64,000 nucleotides of DNA from an uncultured Candidatus Saccharimonadales bacterium (GTDB taxonomy: Bacteria > Patescibacteriota > Saccharimonadia > UBA4664): NCBI GenBank assembly GCA_964609585.1, contig CAZSRA010000005.1, forward strand, positions 2,502 through 66,501. The letters are read 5' to 3'. A model generated the notes under the pieces. It saw only the letters and a list, made by a program, of their open reading frames with translations, was not told the DNA's origin and searched no databases. Within the stretch, counting starts at the first letter, position 1. Each line of letters starts with the position of its first letter. The translations under genes were made by a program, and so were the position numbers. This document shows positions 20,201 to 28,984 of this stretch, one piece after another.

Positions 20201-20354
20201 AGTACAGACCGCCGACGCCGAACACGAACACGAGAGCGCCGATGAGGCTGAAGCTAGTGAGCGCAGCCTGGTGACGCCTGTACAGCTCTTGGACACTTCT
20301 GGGCACTTTGCCCTCCAGGTACGTTCTCCAAAGCTGGAACAACTTGGTCGACAT
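17283..20354 (-). CDS. GtrA-like + GT2 glycosyltransferase + GT-C (PMT/ArnT-like) fusion protein
   Basis: N-terminal SFFLNWRLTW/NYVVCHFWAF GtrA pattern; VSVVIP, LTDSD, YEDYE GT2; LLRFWNI...WDETAY, YQPPFYF, RIGWME GT-C; start ATG 20354. Confidence 0.88.
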   Translation of the reverse strand: MSTKLFQLWRTYLEGKVPRSVQELYRRHQAALTSFSLIGALVFVFGVGGLYFEVHWLHLGQQAAFFLQGFLSIETSFFLNWRLTWRKRQSRFRVSFWRFHLMRVVTIPVNQAIYFVLIKLGMEYLVAALATTAIFTAINYVVCHFWAFPARLSAMGPEESRPDTSDVTNNQDPQDGGTIHTLPFVSVVIPVKGSLGSGRTIRATVSSLLNQEYGGRTEVILVGDINDPTWEALGDLQSDPRIRTLEVDASGPGRDANVKRTTGLSNAKGEIFALTDSDTIPPQDWIATGVSEMLSGEWQCVGGGVYSLGSDFWCRYMDHNVFGAKTLRVPKPYTLDASTFGGRGCKPPTTANAFITRAVFEAVGGPDVSMKRSYEDYEWFYRIAKEGFGIRFAPALTCGHDHGKGFRGVVREYMRGGQGCSDFIVRHRDSMFARRRSRQSLLVLASAASMVAIAVIVTALGSSADLVGGGAASGAAIVLGSVEVRKNKRPEAFFYPFLTLFLGSIFTLGIFHGLHIKRGTSSLPGKEGMMSSPSSAKRKRRKFASRESISLIGVLGIAALLRFWNINNRPGFIWDETAYSAIARNLLSGGRLASRPDYADHVSTFFYQPPFYFWELAGWDKLVGQTGIAAARWLAAATSLVALLLLWAFMRRAIGSRPALVTAGLLATDSWMIYANRIGWMENTAIVFVTAAMWLYWRAVQRPTPGQFILAGAAAGMAVVFKHTDAYVLLAAAISWLIFRKYHRHHIQFFATALTIVTGYLLVMTLLNPAYGQFWGEMGQQVQRTFGNATGARRGSINSTGQLIGPLFDQYRIFVGSILVATSGVTVMAVRWVQCLMRRSFQPVRDNQVLFAWATAAVIGFGAIKLRYPSYFELVLVPLYVYLAAEVTGWLRGTTARRRLVPMVAVVLIGALNLGGFWWRIVDHKDNAIGVAATLAQEYVPTQDVVLTEVTIGNEISQPWCDIQWQTTQCAGKVRWIMTYTSDTNSLSSLDAPTQALLARSTKVETAVGFEGQVTLWRVSSAP

Positions 20355-20698
20355 GAAGACTGTCACCCTTCTTGGTCTTGAACGAATGATTTTGAACCTA
20401 CAAAACAAAGATTATCCCCGTAGCAGGGATATCCTCATCTCTTTGTTCTTTTATCATAAAAAGTCTAAATTGTCAAAGAGGGAGATACGTCCGAAAATTG
20501 GCCTGAATGGTTATGCTTGCCCGTTCCTTAAGCCAAACGTAATATTGTTCATACCATTGATCGTACATTTTAATTCGGTGAGTGCCCGAGATTAGAAAAG
20601 CCCTTGCATCGCTAAATACTGTTCGTGTCAGCACAAAGTTGGCGGCAACTCTTATTTGCGTTATCGGACTCATTGTATATTTTCGAGGAATAATTCAT

Positions 20699-20784
20699 TG
20701 GTGCGCGAGAGAGGAGTCGAACCTCCACACCCTTGCGGGCACTAGAACCTGAATCTAGCGTGTCTACCATTCCACCACTCGCGC
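20699..20784 (-). tRNA. tRNA-Leu(CAG)
   Basis: Acceptor stem GCGCGAG/CTCGCGC plus ACCA, anticodon arm CTAGA-ttCAGgt-TCTAG, long variable arm. Confidence 0.97.
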
Positions 20785-20842
20785 AGAGAAGTAGCATTTG
20801 TAACTGGCCTAGAATAGCATGAATCGAGACGCTGCGGAAGAC

Positions 20843-22600
20843 CTAGCGGATGGACGAGATGAAACGTTGGCGAATTGTCCAGCGCTGAACATCATAAAAA
20901 CGATCGGCGGGAACGACAAGACGCTGGGCTGCAATGCCGGAAGTACTGTCGCTCGCCCCATAGATATAGCCGGATTCATAGAGTACGGCGGCAGGTGCGT
21001 CGGCGTCCCAGGTTTTCAAGAAAGTGTCGTATTTACCGAGTCGTACTAGGGGATCACTACTAATGCGGCCAGCTTCGAGGGCATGGTCGGCGATGGTTGA
21101 GCTGTAGGCCGAGAGGTTGATGCCGGGATCTGTGGCCTGGCTGGAATGCCAAAATGGATAGACGTCGGGATCAGACCCGAGGTTAATGCCATAGAGGAGC
21201 ATTTGGAAGTTTCGGGGTCGCATATAGGTTTGCTGAAGTTGGTCGAGGCTAACGGTGGTAATGCGCACATCAATGCCTAGGGGTGCCCATTGGCGTTTAA
21301 TTTCGGCGGCGGCTCGTTTTAGCTCTGGATCACCGAGCGTAACGAGCTGAAGTCGAAGACCGGACGCTCCATTGGTTCGGGTGCTCGTGGGGGCGGTTTG
21401 CTTCCAGCCATCGGCGTCCAGAGCTTGTTTGGCGTCCACGATACTCAGAGCCGGTGGCTCGTATTTCGTGGTATAACCGAGCTGGCCGGGCAAAAGTGGC
21501 TGTGTGAGTGCCGCGCCCTGACCACCGGTGGCTTGCTGAAGGATAGATTGTCGATTTAGAGAGCTCGATAGAATGGTTCTGAGTGTTTTGTCTTTCAGCG
21601 TGGGGTCATTGGTTGCAAAGAAGAGAGTTTCGGCTTCGGGTAGGGTAAAATTATACATAGCAAGTCCGGCGGTGCTGGCGGTGGGGCCTGAATCTGGGTA
21701 AATCCGGCCCGGCGAGGTAACCTGCCTTTGGGCATAGGCGCGTAGGGTGTCCGCGGGGCTAGCGTAGAATTTGAAATCAAAACCATCGAGCTTGGGTCGC
21801 CCGAGATAGTAGCTGGTGTTGGCACTGAGTTCGATGATTTTAGCCGAGGGAGCGAAGGTTTTGATTTTGAATGGTCCGGTGCCGATAGGATTTTGGTTAA
21901 AAGCCGCTTCGCGGAGGAGCGAGGGATCAACCGACTCCAGCAAGTGCCTCGGGACGATACCGACGGTCGTGGAGTCAAGAAAGGAGTTTAAGGCTTGAGG
22001 CAGGGTGAACATTACCGTGTAGTCGTCTTTGGCATCAACTCTGACACCACTCCAAGATGAGGCCAGGGGCGATCTGGAGTCGGGATTTTGGATGGCGGCG
22101 ATAGTAAAAACGACATCGGCTGAGGTGAAGGGGACGTTGTCGTGCCATTTTACCCCGTGGCGAAGGTGAAAGGTATAGACTTTGCCGTCGCTCGAGACAT
22201 TCCAAGTAGCGAGATCGGGCACGAGCTGGCGTTTGGCGTTATAACGGGTGAGGCCGCTAAAAATGAGGCGGTTGATGTCGCTCGATGTAACGGATTCAGG
22301 CAAGAGTGGATTGAGGGTGCTGACGGTGCCGACAGCGGCTTCGGAATAAACACCGCCACTCGCTGGAACGGCTATTTTTGAGGCTTGAGTGAGCGAACTT
22401 ATTTGCTGGGTGAGGCTCATAAGGCTGATGCCAGCTATAAAGCCCCAAAGCAAAAGAAACCGGCGCACTACGCGCACTTGATGCCATTTACCCCAAATGT
22501 GTTGGTCGACGTAAGCGGCGACGTTTTTTTGGATGTGATAGGAGGTTCGGCGGAGGCGGCGCAACGAACGCCGGTACCGAAACCGCACGTAGTTAAACAT
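20843..22600 (-). CDS. Peptide/nickel ABC transporter substrate-binding protein (family 5)
   Basis: LIFSGL, YTFHLRHGVKWHDNVPFTSADVVFT, PIGTGPF, DPDVYPFWHSSQ. Confidence 0.92.
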   Translation of the reverse strand: MFNYVRFRYRRSLRRLRRTSYHIQKNVAAYVDQHIWGKWHQVRVVRRFLLLWGFIAGISLMSLTQQISSLTQASKIAVPASGGVYSEAAVGTVSTLNPLLPESVTSSDINRLIFSGLTRYNAKRQLVPDLATWNVSSDGKVYTFHLRHGVKWHDNVPFTSADVVFTIAAIQNPDSRSPLASSWSGVRVDAKDDYTVMFTLPQALNSFLDSTTVGIVPRHLLESVDPSLLREAAFNQNPIGTGPFKIKTFAPSAKIIELSANTSYYLGRPKLDGFDFKFYASPADTLRAYAQRQVTSPGRIYPDSGPTASTAGLAMYNFTLPEAETLFFATNDPTLKDKTLRTILSSSLNRQSILQQATGGQGAALTQPLLPGQLGYTTKYEPPALSIVDAKQALDADGWKQTAPTSTRTNGASGLRLQLVTLGDPELKRAAAEIKRQWAPLGIDVRITTVSLDQLQQTYMRPRNFQMLLYGINLGSDPDVYPFWHSSQATDPGINLSAYSSTIADHALEAGRISSDPLVRLGKYDTFLKTWDADAPAAVLYESGYIYGASDSTSGIAAQRLVVPADRFYDVQRWTIRQRFISSIR

Positions 22601-22821
22601 TACTTCTTGGAGAGAATACTAAGTATTACCGATAAAACAAATAAAACGGCGAAGACGATGGTGGCATTGAAGATCACGGCTTCAGCGCCGCGCCTGGAAC
22701 GATAGTAATTGGTGTCGCCGCCAAAGGTGGCGCCGAGGCTTTGCCCCCGGGATTGTATCAGGATAAATAACATGAGCATGATGGCCGAGATGACGGTGAT
22801 GGCGTTAAACAGATTTCGCAC
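22600..22821 (-). CDS. secG: Preprotein translocase subunit SecG
   Basis: ILIQSRGQSLGATFGG...RRGAE, two TM helices. Confidence 0.93.
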   Translation of the reverse strand: MRNLFNAITVISAIMLMLFILIQSRGQSLGATFGGDTNYYRSRRGAEAVIFNATIVFAVLFVLSVILSILSKK

Positions 22822-23176
22822 GTTTTGCGGGCTCCAGAAGTTCGGTTAGTAGGTAATTTACGACCCAGATAATGACGGTAGCAATGACGGCAGTCCAAAA
22901 TGAGCGAAGCTGGAAACTGGGATAGATTTTGGTGACAAGATAGAGCATGAAGGCGTTGATAATGAGCGTAAAGAGGCCGAGCGTGAGAACAATGGCTGGT
23001 AGAGACAGAATGACAATTAGCGGCCGGATGACAGCATTCACGATTGAAAATATGAGCGCAGCAATTACGAGTACGCGCAGTTTATCGTTGTAGTTGATGC
23101 TGCCGGTCATTAATTCGGCCGCGGCCCACAGACCGAGGAAGTTTACGAGCACGCGCAGGGCGAATTTACGTAACAT
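22805..23176 (-). CDS. 4-TM 'phage holin family' membrane protein (YvlD-like)
   Basis: VNAVIRPLIVILSLPAIVLTLGLFTLIINAFML motif; start ATG 23176. Confidence 0.85.
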   Translation of the reverse strand: MLRKFALRVLVNFLGLWAAAELMTGSINYNDKLRVLVIAALIFSIVNAVIRPLIVILSLPAIVLTLGLFTLIINAFMLYLVTKIYPSFQLRSFWTAVIATVIIWVVNYLLTELLEPAKRAKSV

Positions 23177-23237
23177 AGCTTGGGTATGGTAGCACGAATC
23201 AGACTCCGGCGCTATGGGCGCTGCTTTTTTTCGTGTC

Positions 23238-23702
23238 TTAGGATTGTTTATCGAATAGACTATTTTTATCGGTAGCGGCAACTTTGCTTTCACTTTGAAA
23301 CATCCAACGCACCCCGTATTTGTCGGTGAGAGCGCCGTAACTGCCGAAGGGCATATCGCGAAGATCATCCATGAGATTTTTCGGGGCGTCGGCGGATAGT
23401 TTGTCAAAAATATCTCGAGTGTCGGCATACGAGCCACTATTAATGTACATGCAAATGAGATTACCGGGTTTGGGTAGCCTTGAGTCGTTCGGGAATAACC
23501 AGTCGGAGGCCGAGAAGTCGATGGTGCCACTTATGAGCCGCGCATTTATGACTTTGTCCTGCTGATCGGGGCGCATGTGATTTTTCATAGGTGTTTCGTT
23601 GACTTTCTGCATCGAAAGCTCGCCGCCAAGACAGCTTTTATAAAACTTCATAGCTTCGGCGCAATTGCCCTCAAAAAGCAAGTATGGTGTGAGATTTGGC
23701 AT
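23238..23702 (-). CDS. VOC/PhnB-family protein
   Basis: LTPYLLFEGNCAEAMKFY, YGALTDKYGVRWM. Confidence 0.9.
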   Translation of the reverse strand: MPNLTPYLLFEGNCAEAMKFYKSCLGGELSMQKVNETPMKNHMRPDQQDKVINARLISGTIDFSASDWLFPNDSRLPKPGNLICMYINSGSYADTRDIFDKLSADAPKNLMDDLRDMPFGSYGALTDKYGVRWMFQSESKVAATDKNSLFDKQS

Positions 23703-23758
23703 GTTGCGATACTCCAGTTATTGAGACATTTGCCATTTTAGGGCGTTTGTGAACTAGG

Positions 23759-24604
23759 TTATTGTAGAAATCCGTCGTTTTGCGTGTAAGAAAGCCCGAC
23801 TTGATCACGATAAAACTCATCGACATTTTGGAAAATATTTGTGGGGATAATCCCGGTAAAGGCTTTGATGTCGCGGATGAAGTGCGACTGATCATGAAAA
23901 TTTAGTTCGTGGGCAATGTCGACGAGACGCCGGTAGTGTCCAGTTTTCATGAGCTCATAAGCCTGGTTGATGCGTTTTATCCGAATAAAGTGCCCAGCAT
24001 CCATTCCAACAGCTTGCTTGAAGCGTTTTTGAAATTGGCGCCCAGAGAGGTCGGCGGCGATATAGAGTGACTCTACCGTGAGGGAGCTGGGGTCGTGATT
24101 AATAAGGTCTAAAGCTTGCTCAATCGCAGGATCAGGCAAACCAACTCGCCCTTTTTCCTGCCGGAGGAAGTTGATGAGCAGATTTTGTTGGGTGTCCTTG
24201 TTTGCACTTAAAAGCTGGGTTTGGAGCTCTGGGCGTGAAGCGGCAAGATTTAGAGAGGTATTGGTGAGACTTGCTGCATCGAGTCCGAAAATTGACCGTA
24301 GAGCATGAGGCTTTAGTACAACTTGTAGGGTCTCGAAGGGAAACTTAAAGTGCATGATGCTCTTTTGAATGATCTGGCCGTACACGAATAGGAGCGGCAC
24401 ATGTGTTCGATGCACAGAGTCAGTTGCAAGATGTGTGATAGCGGAATCGGGGCCAGAATGTTGAAATAGAATACCCGGAAAACCATTGGGGAAAACTCGA
24501 ATTATGAGAGCTTCAGAACCCTGGTAAGTCGCTAGCCTAAAGCATTCCACATCGGTTTTGAGGTCGTCGGGTGGCAAGGTTATCTGAGATGTGACAGCAT
24601 TCAT
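23759..24604 (-). CDS. AraC-family transcriptional regulator
   Basis: LSGRQFQKRFKQAVG, DIAHELNFHDQSHFIRDIKAFTG. Confidence 0.9.
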   Translation of the reverse strand: MNAVTSQITLPPDDLKTDVECFRLATYQGSEALIIRVFPNGFPGILFQHSGPDSAITHLATDSVHRTHVPLLFVYGQIIQKSIMHFKFPFETLQVVLKPHALRSIFGLDAASLTNTSLNLAASRPELQTQLLSANKDTQQNLLINFLRQEKGRVGLPDPAIEQALDLINHDPSSLTVESLYIAADLSGRQFQKRFKQAVGMDAGHFIRIKRINQAYELMKTGHYRRLVDIAHELNFHDQSHFIRDIKAFTGIIPTNIFQNVDEFYRDQVGLSYTQNDGFLQ

Positions 24605-25884
24605 GACGCGCGGGCGATGAGATGCTCGATATCATCGGGGGCGCTGGGTATACTGCCCGATAACACTTCGTGGCCGGTGGATGTAATGAGAATGTCATCT
24701 TCGAGGCGGACCCCGATCCCCTCTTCGGCAAGGTAAAGGCCGGGTTCGCAAGTGACAACCATGCCGGGAGCGAAAGTGAGCTTGGAGTCGCCGGTATCAT
24801 GAACGTCGAGGCCGAGATGGTGGGAGATGTGGGGGTAATACTTGTGGAGATGTTTGGCAGCGGACGAGCCTTTGGCCTGAGCTGGGGTAATGAGCTGAAG
24901 CGCCACGAGCTCTTTTATAAGGTGTTTTCGCATGGCGGCATCAATGCTAAGGATGGTAGCACCGGGCTTATGCAGGGCAATACCGATTTGTTGCGCCCGG
25001 TAGACGGCTTCGTAGACGGCACGTTGGCGGGGCGTGAAATGACCACTGGCAGGAACAGTGCGGGAAATGTCGGCGGCGTAATAGCCGGCTTCGGCCGCGG
25101 TGTCGAAAAGCACGAGGTCATTTTTCTGTACGAGGCTGTCGCCCGGCGTTGCGTGAATGATGGTGGCATTTTTGCCGGCGGCAACGATGGAGCTGAAGGC
25201 GGGACCAGTGGCGCCGCGGCGCGTGAATTCGGCCAGGAGCTCAGCGCTGAGGTCGTATTCGGGAAGGTTCGGGCCAAGAGTAGCATAGGCTTTTTCAAGT
25301 CCGGAGCGCGTCATCTCAATAGCCTGGCGGATCTGAGCAATTTCGGCGGGAGCTTTGATGGTGCGTTGGTTTCCGAGAAAATCAAGACAGGATTTGAGCT
25401 TGTGCTCGGGAAGCTGCTGACGGAGAAAGGAAGCGCGACGAGCTGCGGGCCCGAGGGGGCCGGGCTCTGGAGCGGCGTCTGCATTTACATAAATGGTATG
25501 AAACTGCCGGGTGAGGTGTTTTAGGATATTTTTGAGCTCGTTTAGATCGAGAACGGCCTGAACGCCGGAACGCTCTGCGGCTGCTTTTTTGCTGAGACGC
25601 GGACCGGTCCAGAGCGCCATGGTATCGTCGGTTTCGCGGAGGAATAGGATTTCGCGCAAGTGTTCGTTGGGGTGACCGGGCGCCAGGAGGAGTACGGCTT
25701 CTGGCTCGTCAATGCCGGTGAGGTAGTAGAAATTGGAGTCGGGGCGGAAGGGGTATTCGAAATCGCCGCGGCGACGCAGGACATCGGCGGTATCGATGAT
25801 GGCGATGGCTTCGGGACCAATGCTTTGGGCTAGCTTTTGGCGATTGGCGGCGTGGAATTCGGGTGGGAGGGGTTGGTAGCGCAT
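24601..25884 (-). CDS. pepP: Xaa-Pro aminopeptidase (aminopeptidase P)
   Basis: FRPDSNFYYLTG, DISRT, HHLGLDVHD, TCEPGLY, GVRLEDDIL. Confidence 0.93.
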   Translation of the reverse strand: MRYQPLPPEFHAANRQKLAQSIGPEAIAIIDTADVLRRRGDFEYPFRPDSNFYYLTGIDEPEAVLLLAPGHPNEHLREILFLRETDDTMALWTGPRLSKKAAAERSGVQAVLDLNELKNILKHLTRQFHTIYVNADAAPEPGPLGPAARRASFLRQQLPEHKLKSCLDFLGNQRTIKAPAEIAQIRQAIEMTRSGLEKAYATLGPNLPEYDLSAELLAEFTRRGATGPAFSSIVAAGKNATIIHATPGDSLVQKNDLVLFDTAAEAGYYAADISRTVPASGHFTPRQRAVYEAVYRAQQIGIALHKPGATILSIDAAMRKHLIKELVALQLITPAQAKGSSAAKHLHKYYPHISHHLGLDVHDTGDSKLTFAPGMVVTCEPGLYLAEEGIGVRLEDDILITSTGHEVLSGSIPSAPDDIEHLIARAS

Positions 25885-26016
25885 GGGGCAATTATAGCGG
25901 AAATTTTGGCCTAAAAATGCAGGGTGCCACCCCTGCGCGCCGCTAAAATGCGGGGCAGGGGTGGCGGGGATCGCGGACCCGATCTTGTACCACGCCGCCA
26001 GAGCGGCGGGGTTGGG

Positions 26017-26109
26017 CTAGCTGGGGTACAGGCCGATCATGAGGAAGACGCCGGCGGTGAGGAGCAGCAGGACGCAGTTGACGGCGTTCCTGAGCTTCGG
26101 GTTTTCCAC
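26017..26109 (-). CDS. 30-aa single-TM small protein MENPKLRNAVNCVLLLLTAGVFLMIGLYPS
   Basis: Translated by hand; AAGGAG SD 6 nt before GTG, upstream promoter, C-ending codons, downstream hairpins. Confidence 0.7.
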   Translation of the reverse strand: MENPKLRNAVNCVLLLLTAGVFLMIGLYPS

Positions 26110-26155
26110 GGTTTTCTCCTTATGCGACGGGGGTCCTACTAGGTAAAGCTTGGCT

Positions 26156-26184
26156 AGTATACGTATTTTTATTTATCTTGTCAA
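26156..26184 (-). promoter_or_regulatory. Sigma70-type promoter of the small protein
   Basis: TTGACA-17 bp-TATACT. Confidence 0.75.
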
Positions 26185-26199
26185 TTATCTTGACCTTTC

Positions 26200-27729
26200 T
26201 TAGGTTTGTGGCGTTTGACCGAGATACTCTTTGACTATATTGGCTTTAGCGAGGCCGACAATAGCGGCGACCTCTTCGAGAGTGGCAAGCTTTACTCCCT
26301 GAACCGAGCCAAAACGACGAATGAGGAGTTTGCGAGTGGCGGGGCCCACGCCCGGAATGTCGTCGAGGAGACTCGAGGTTTGGCGTTTGCCGCGGAGGAT
26401 GGTTTGGTAGGTGATGGCAAAACGATGAGCTTCGTCGCGGACGCGCTGGAGGAGCTGGAGGATATGGGAGGTGTGTGGGAGGAGGATGGATTCGTAGGTG
26501 TCGCCGGCGACGGTGCGTTCGAAGGTGTAGGCATCTAATTTTTTGGCTTCGGCTTGCTTTCGCCCATCCTTTTCTGCCAACCCGGGGGCGGGCAGACTGT
26601 GGGTAGTGCGGCGGATGATTTCTTCTTCGCGTTTGGCGAGGCCGATGGCGGGGATTTTCATACCGAGCTGATCGAGCACGCCGAGGGCAGCGGCGAGTTG
26701 GGGCTGACCACCGTCGATGAGGAGCAGATCCGGCATAGGCCAGTCGGCAAGGTTTTTGGGGCTAAAGCGCCGCGTGATGACTTCGCGCATATGAGCGTAA
26801 TCGTCGTTGCCGGTGAGGTTCATTTTGAAGCGGCGATAATGGTCGCGGTTGGGCACGCCGTCGGTGAAGACGACCATGCTGGCCACGTTGTCGACGCCGC
26901 CGAGGTGGGAAATGTCGAAGGCTTCGATGCGGCGCGGCTCGCTGGGGAGGCCGAGGCGCTCGGCGAGGCCCACGAGTGCTTGGTCGCGCGTGAGGTCGAA
27001 GGCTTCTTTGTCACCAAAGATCATTTGCTTGCTGAAGGATTTGAGGTCGCTGAGCTGGTCGCGCAGGTGAGCGGCGGTTTCGAAATCTTTCTTTTTGGCG
27101 GCGCGGAGCATGTCGGTTTCGAGGTTGGTCATGAGTTTGGTTTGCTCGCCGCGTAGGTAGAGTTCGAGGCGGCGAATAGTTTTGCGGTAATCTATGGCCG
27201 TAATGGCGCCCTCTTCGGGGCCGGGGCAGAGGCCGATGTGATATTGAAGGCAGCCGCGGTTGGGCCAATTGGCGTGGGTGACATACGGGAACACTTTGCG
27301 GAGCATGCGCATGGCGCGGCGAAGGGCGTCGGCGGAGGTGAAGGGGCCGTAGTAGTGGGCCTTATCGTCCATGGGACGGCGTACGTAGCTAATGACGGGA
27401 AATTCGTCGGCGGAAATTTTGATGTAGAGCCAATTTTTGTCGTCTTTGAGGTCAATGTTGTATTTGGGCTTGTAGCGTTTGATGAACTCGGACTCGAGGA
27501 AAAGCGCTTCAACTTCGCTACCAACGGTGATCCATTCGGTGTCAGCGATGTCGGCCACAAGGAGGTTGGTTTTGGGGTCGCGGTGTTTGTTTTGGAAATA
27601 GCTCATGACTCGGTTTTTGAGCACGGAAGCTTTGCCAATGTAGATGATTTTTTTGTCGGCGTCGCGGTGAAAGTAAACGCCGGGCTCAGCGGGGAGGGTT
27701 TTGAGTTTGGCTCGGAGTTGGTCGGTCAT
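26200..27729 (-). CDS. uvrC: Excinuclease ABC subunit C
   Basis: PGVY...YIGKA GIY-YIG, RIEAFDISH, LIDGG, RDEAHRFA, HhH. Confidence 0.97.
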   Translation of the reverse strand: MTDQLRAKLKTLPAEPGVYFHRDADKKIIYIGKASVLKNRVMSYFQNKHRDPKTNLLVADIADTEWITVGSEVEALFLESEFIKRYKPKYNIDLKDDKNWLYIKISADEFPVISYVRRPMDDKAHYYGPFTSADALRRAMRMLRKVFPYVTHANWPNRGCLQYHIGLCPGPEEGAITAIDYRKTIRRLELYLRGEQTKLMTNLETDMLRAAKKKDFETAAHLRDQLSDLKSFSKQMIFGDKEAFDLTRDQALVGLAERLGLPSEPRRIEAFDISHLGGVDNVASMVVFTDGVPNRDHYRRFKMNLTGNDDYAHMREVITRRFSPKNLADWPMPDLLLIDGGQPQLAAALGVLDQLGMKIPAIGLAKREEEIIRRTTHSLPAPGLAEKDGRKQAEAKKLDAYTFERTVAGDTYESILLPHTSHILQLLQRVRDEAHRFAITYQTILRGKRQTSSLLDDIPGVGPATRKLLIRRFGSVQGVKLATLEEVAAIVGLAKANIVKEYLGQTPQT

Positions 27730-27750
27730 GGTTTATATTATACGGTATTA

Positions 27751-27779
27751 TTGTAAAATTGTTAAAAATATGCTATAAT
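27751..27779 (+). promoter_or_regulatory. Sigma70-type promoter (divergent from uvrC)
   Basis: TTGTAA-17 bp-TATAAT with TG extension. Confidence 0.7.
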
Positions 27780-27819
27780 TATGAGGACAAGCACTTCCCC
27801 TAGCCCACTGGAGCAAAGC

Positions 27820-28389
27820 ATGCGTTTGTTGAACATCCAGGTCCTAGCCGGTGGAACCGGATCAAGCCCCGCACCGACCCACTTCAACTGGCCGATGGTC
27901 GTGCCGATGGTGGCCTTTGCCGTCGGTGTGATCATCATCACTCTGGTCGCGACCTCCCAGAGGAGCCTCTGGAGCGTCCGGATGGTCGCCCTGCTGCTGA
28001 GCGGACTCGGTGCGTTCGTCCTCGGCGGCTACAGTGTGGTACACACGGCAGGCGGACTGTACGTCAAGTCGGCTCCGGCTACCGACAGCGTGATGAACAG
28101 CTGCGGAACCTACCTTGGCCTCGAGGGCGGCGACGCGAACCCGGACGCACTACGGGACTTTCGGATCTGCGTTCACGGCTGGAACAGCGGCCACGGCCGG
28201 CCGGTCCCGGTGACGGTGAAGGTGACGACGACTCTGCAAGACTTCGCCGACCACCACCGTGAGCTTGGTCCGGCCAAGACGCTGATCGTGACCAGCCACA
28301 CGCCTCCTCAGGGCGGCGCGTCAGGGAGCGCCATGTCGGACGACCCGAACATGGCGCTCTATCCGGGCGACCTCGTCGAAGCCGGCTAA
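27820..28389 (+). CDS. Hypothetical 2-TM protein with extracytoplasmic Cys-pair domain (cassette gene)
   Basis: GGAG SD before ATG 27820; hairpin GGGCCCCGTCA-tgc-TGACGGGGCCC after stop. Confidence 0.7.
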   Translation: MRLLNIQVLAGGTGSSPAPTHFNWPMVVPMVAFAVGVIIITLVATSQRSLWSVRMVALLLSGLGAFVLGGYSVVHTAGGLYVKSAPATDSVMNSCGTYLGLEGGDANPDALRDFRICVHGWNSGHGRPVPVTVKVTTTLQDFADHHRELGPAKTLIVTSHTPPQGGASGSAMSDDPNMALYPGDLVEAG

Positions 28390-28557
28390 TCCCGGCTTCT
28401 GTGACCTGCGGGCCCCGTCATGCTGACGGGGCCCTTCTGGCGTCTGAGTGCAGCAATGTGGAAACGCAGGCGGAGGTCAAGAGAACTTATGCTTGACTTT
28501 GCTCACTAATTATCCTAGCGTATGTTAGCCCAACGAACACACACATAGGGAGCCATA

Positions 28558-28911
28558 ATGGCCAATCCTGAAGTCCAAACGTCCGACACGGTGGACGAAG
28601 CTATCCGGGGTCGCCGCTACATGGCGAGTCTGCTTCTCGGATTCGTCGCCGAACAGCTGCCAGCGGATGCAACGGTCGACACCGTAACGTTCCGAGTGGG
28701 GTGCAGTAACGTTTCGGAACAACCGGCGGCGAACGGTGGACACCCGAGGCAGTGCTGCGGGGTCAGCGTCATCATCCGCCCGAGAACGGGCGGTCCCGGT
28801 GCACTCCTGCAGTATTTCGAGGTCGTTGCGCTCGTGAGCCCCGGCGACGAGCGCCTTCTGAGCGAGCTGCACGACAAGTCCTGGATGCAGGGTGCGGTGT
28901 CGGCAAGCTGA
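28558..28911 (+). CDS. Hypothetical protein (cassette gene)
   Basis: TTGACT-17-TAGCGT at 28493-28521, GGGAG SD, downstream GCCTCCGCC...GGCGGAGGC hairpin. Confidence 0.7.
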   Translation: MANPEVQTSDTVDEAIRGRRYMASLLLGFVAEQLPADATVDTVTFRVGCSNVSEQPAANGGHPRQCCGVSVIIRPRTGGPGALLQYFEVVALVSPGDERLLSELHDKSWMQGAVSAS

Positions 28912-28984
28912 AGACGCCGACGCCCTACAACCCGTGGCCTCCGCCTTGAAGTAACAGGGCGGAGGCTTAGGCCTTTTTAGGCAA

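Noticed and set aside
20473-20673. 66-aa ORF between tRNA-Leu(CAG) and the GT fusion
   Set aside because: No SD, no clear promoter and no recognisable motif; cannot be supported
22805-23176. 'Phage holin' gene as evidence of a prophage
   Set aside because: This family is commonly chromosomal; it is coupled to secG and no phage genes are nearby
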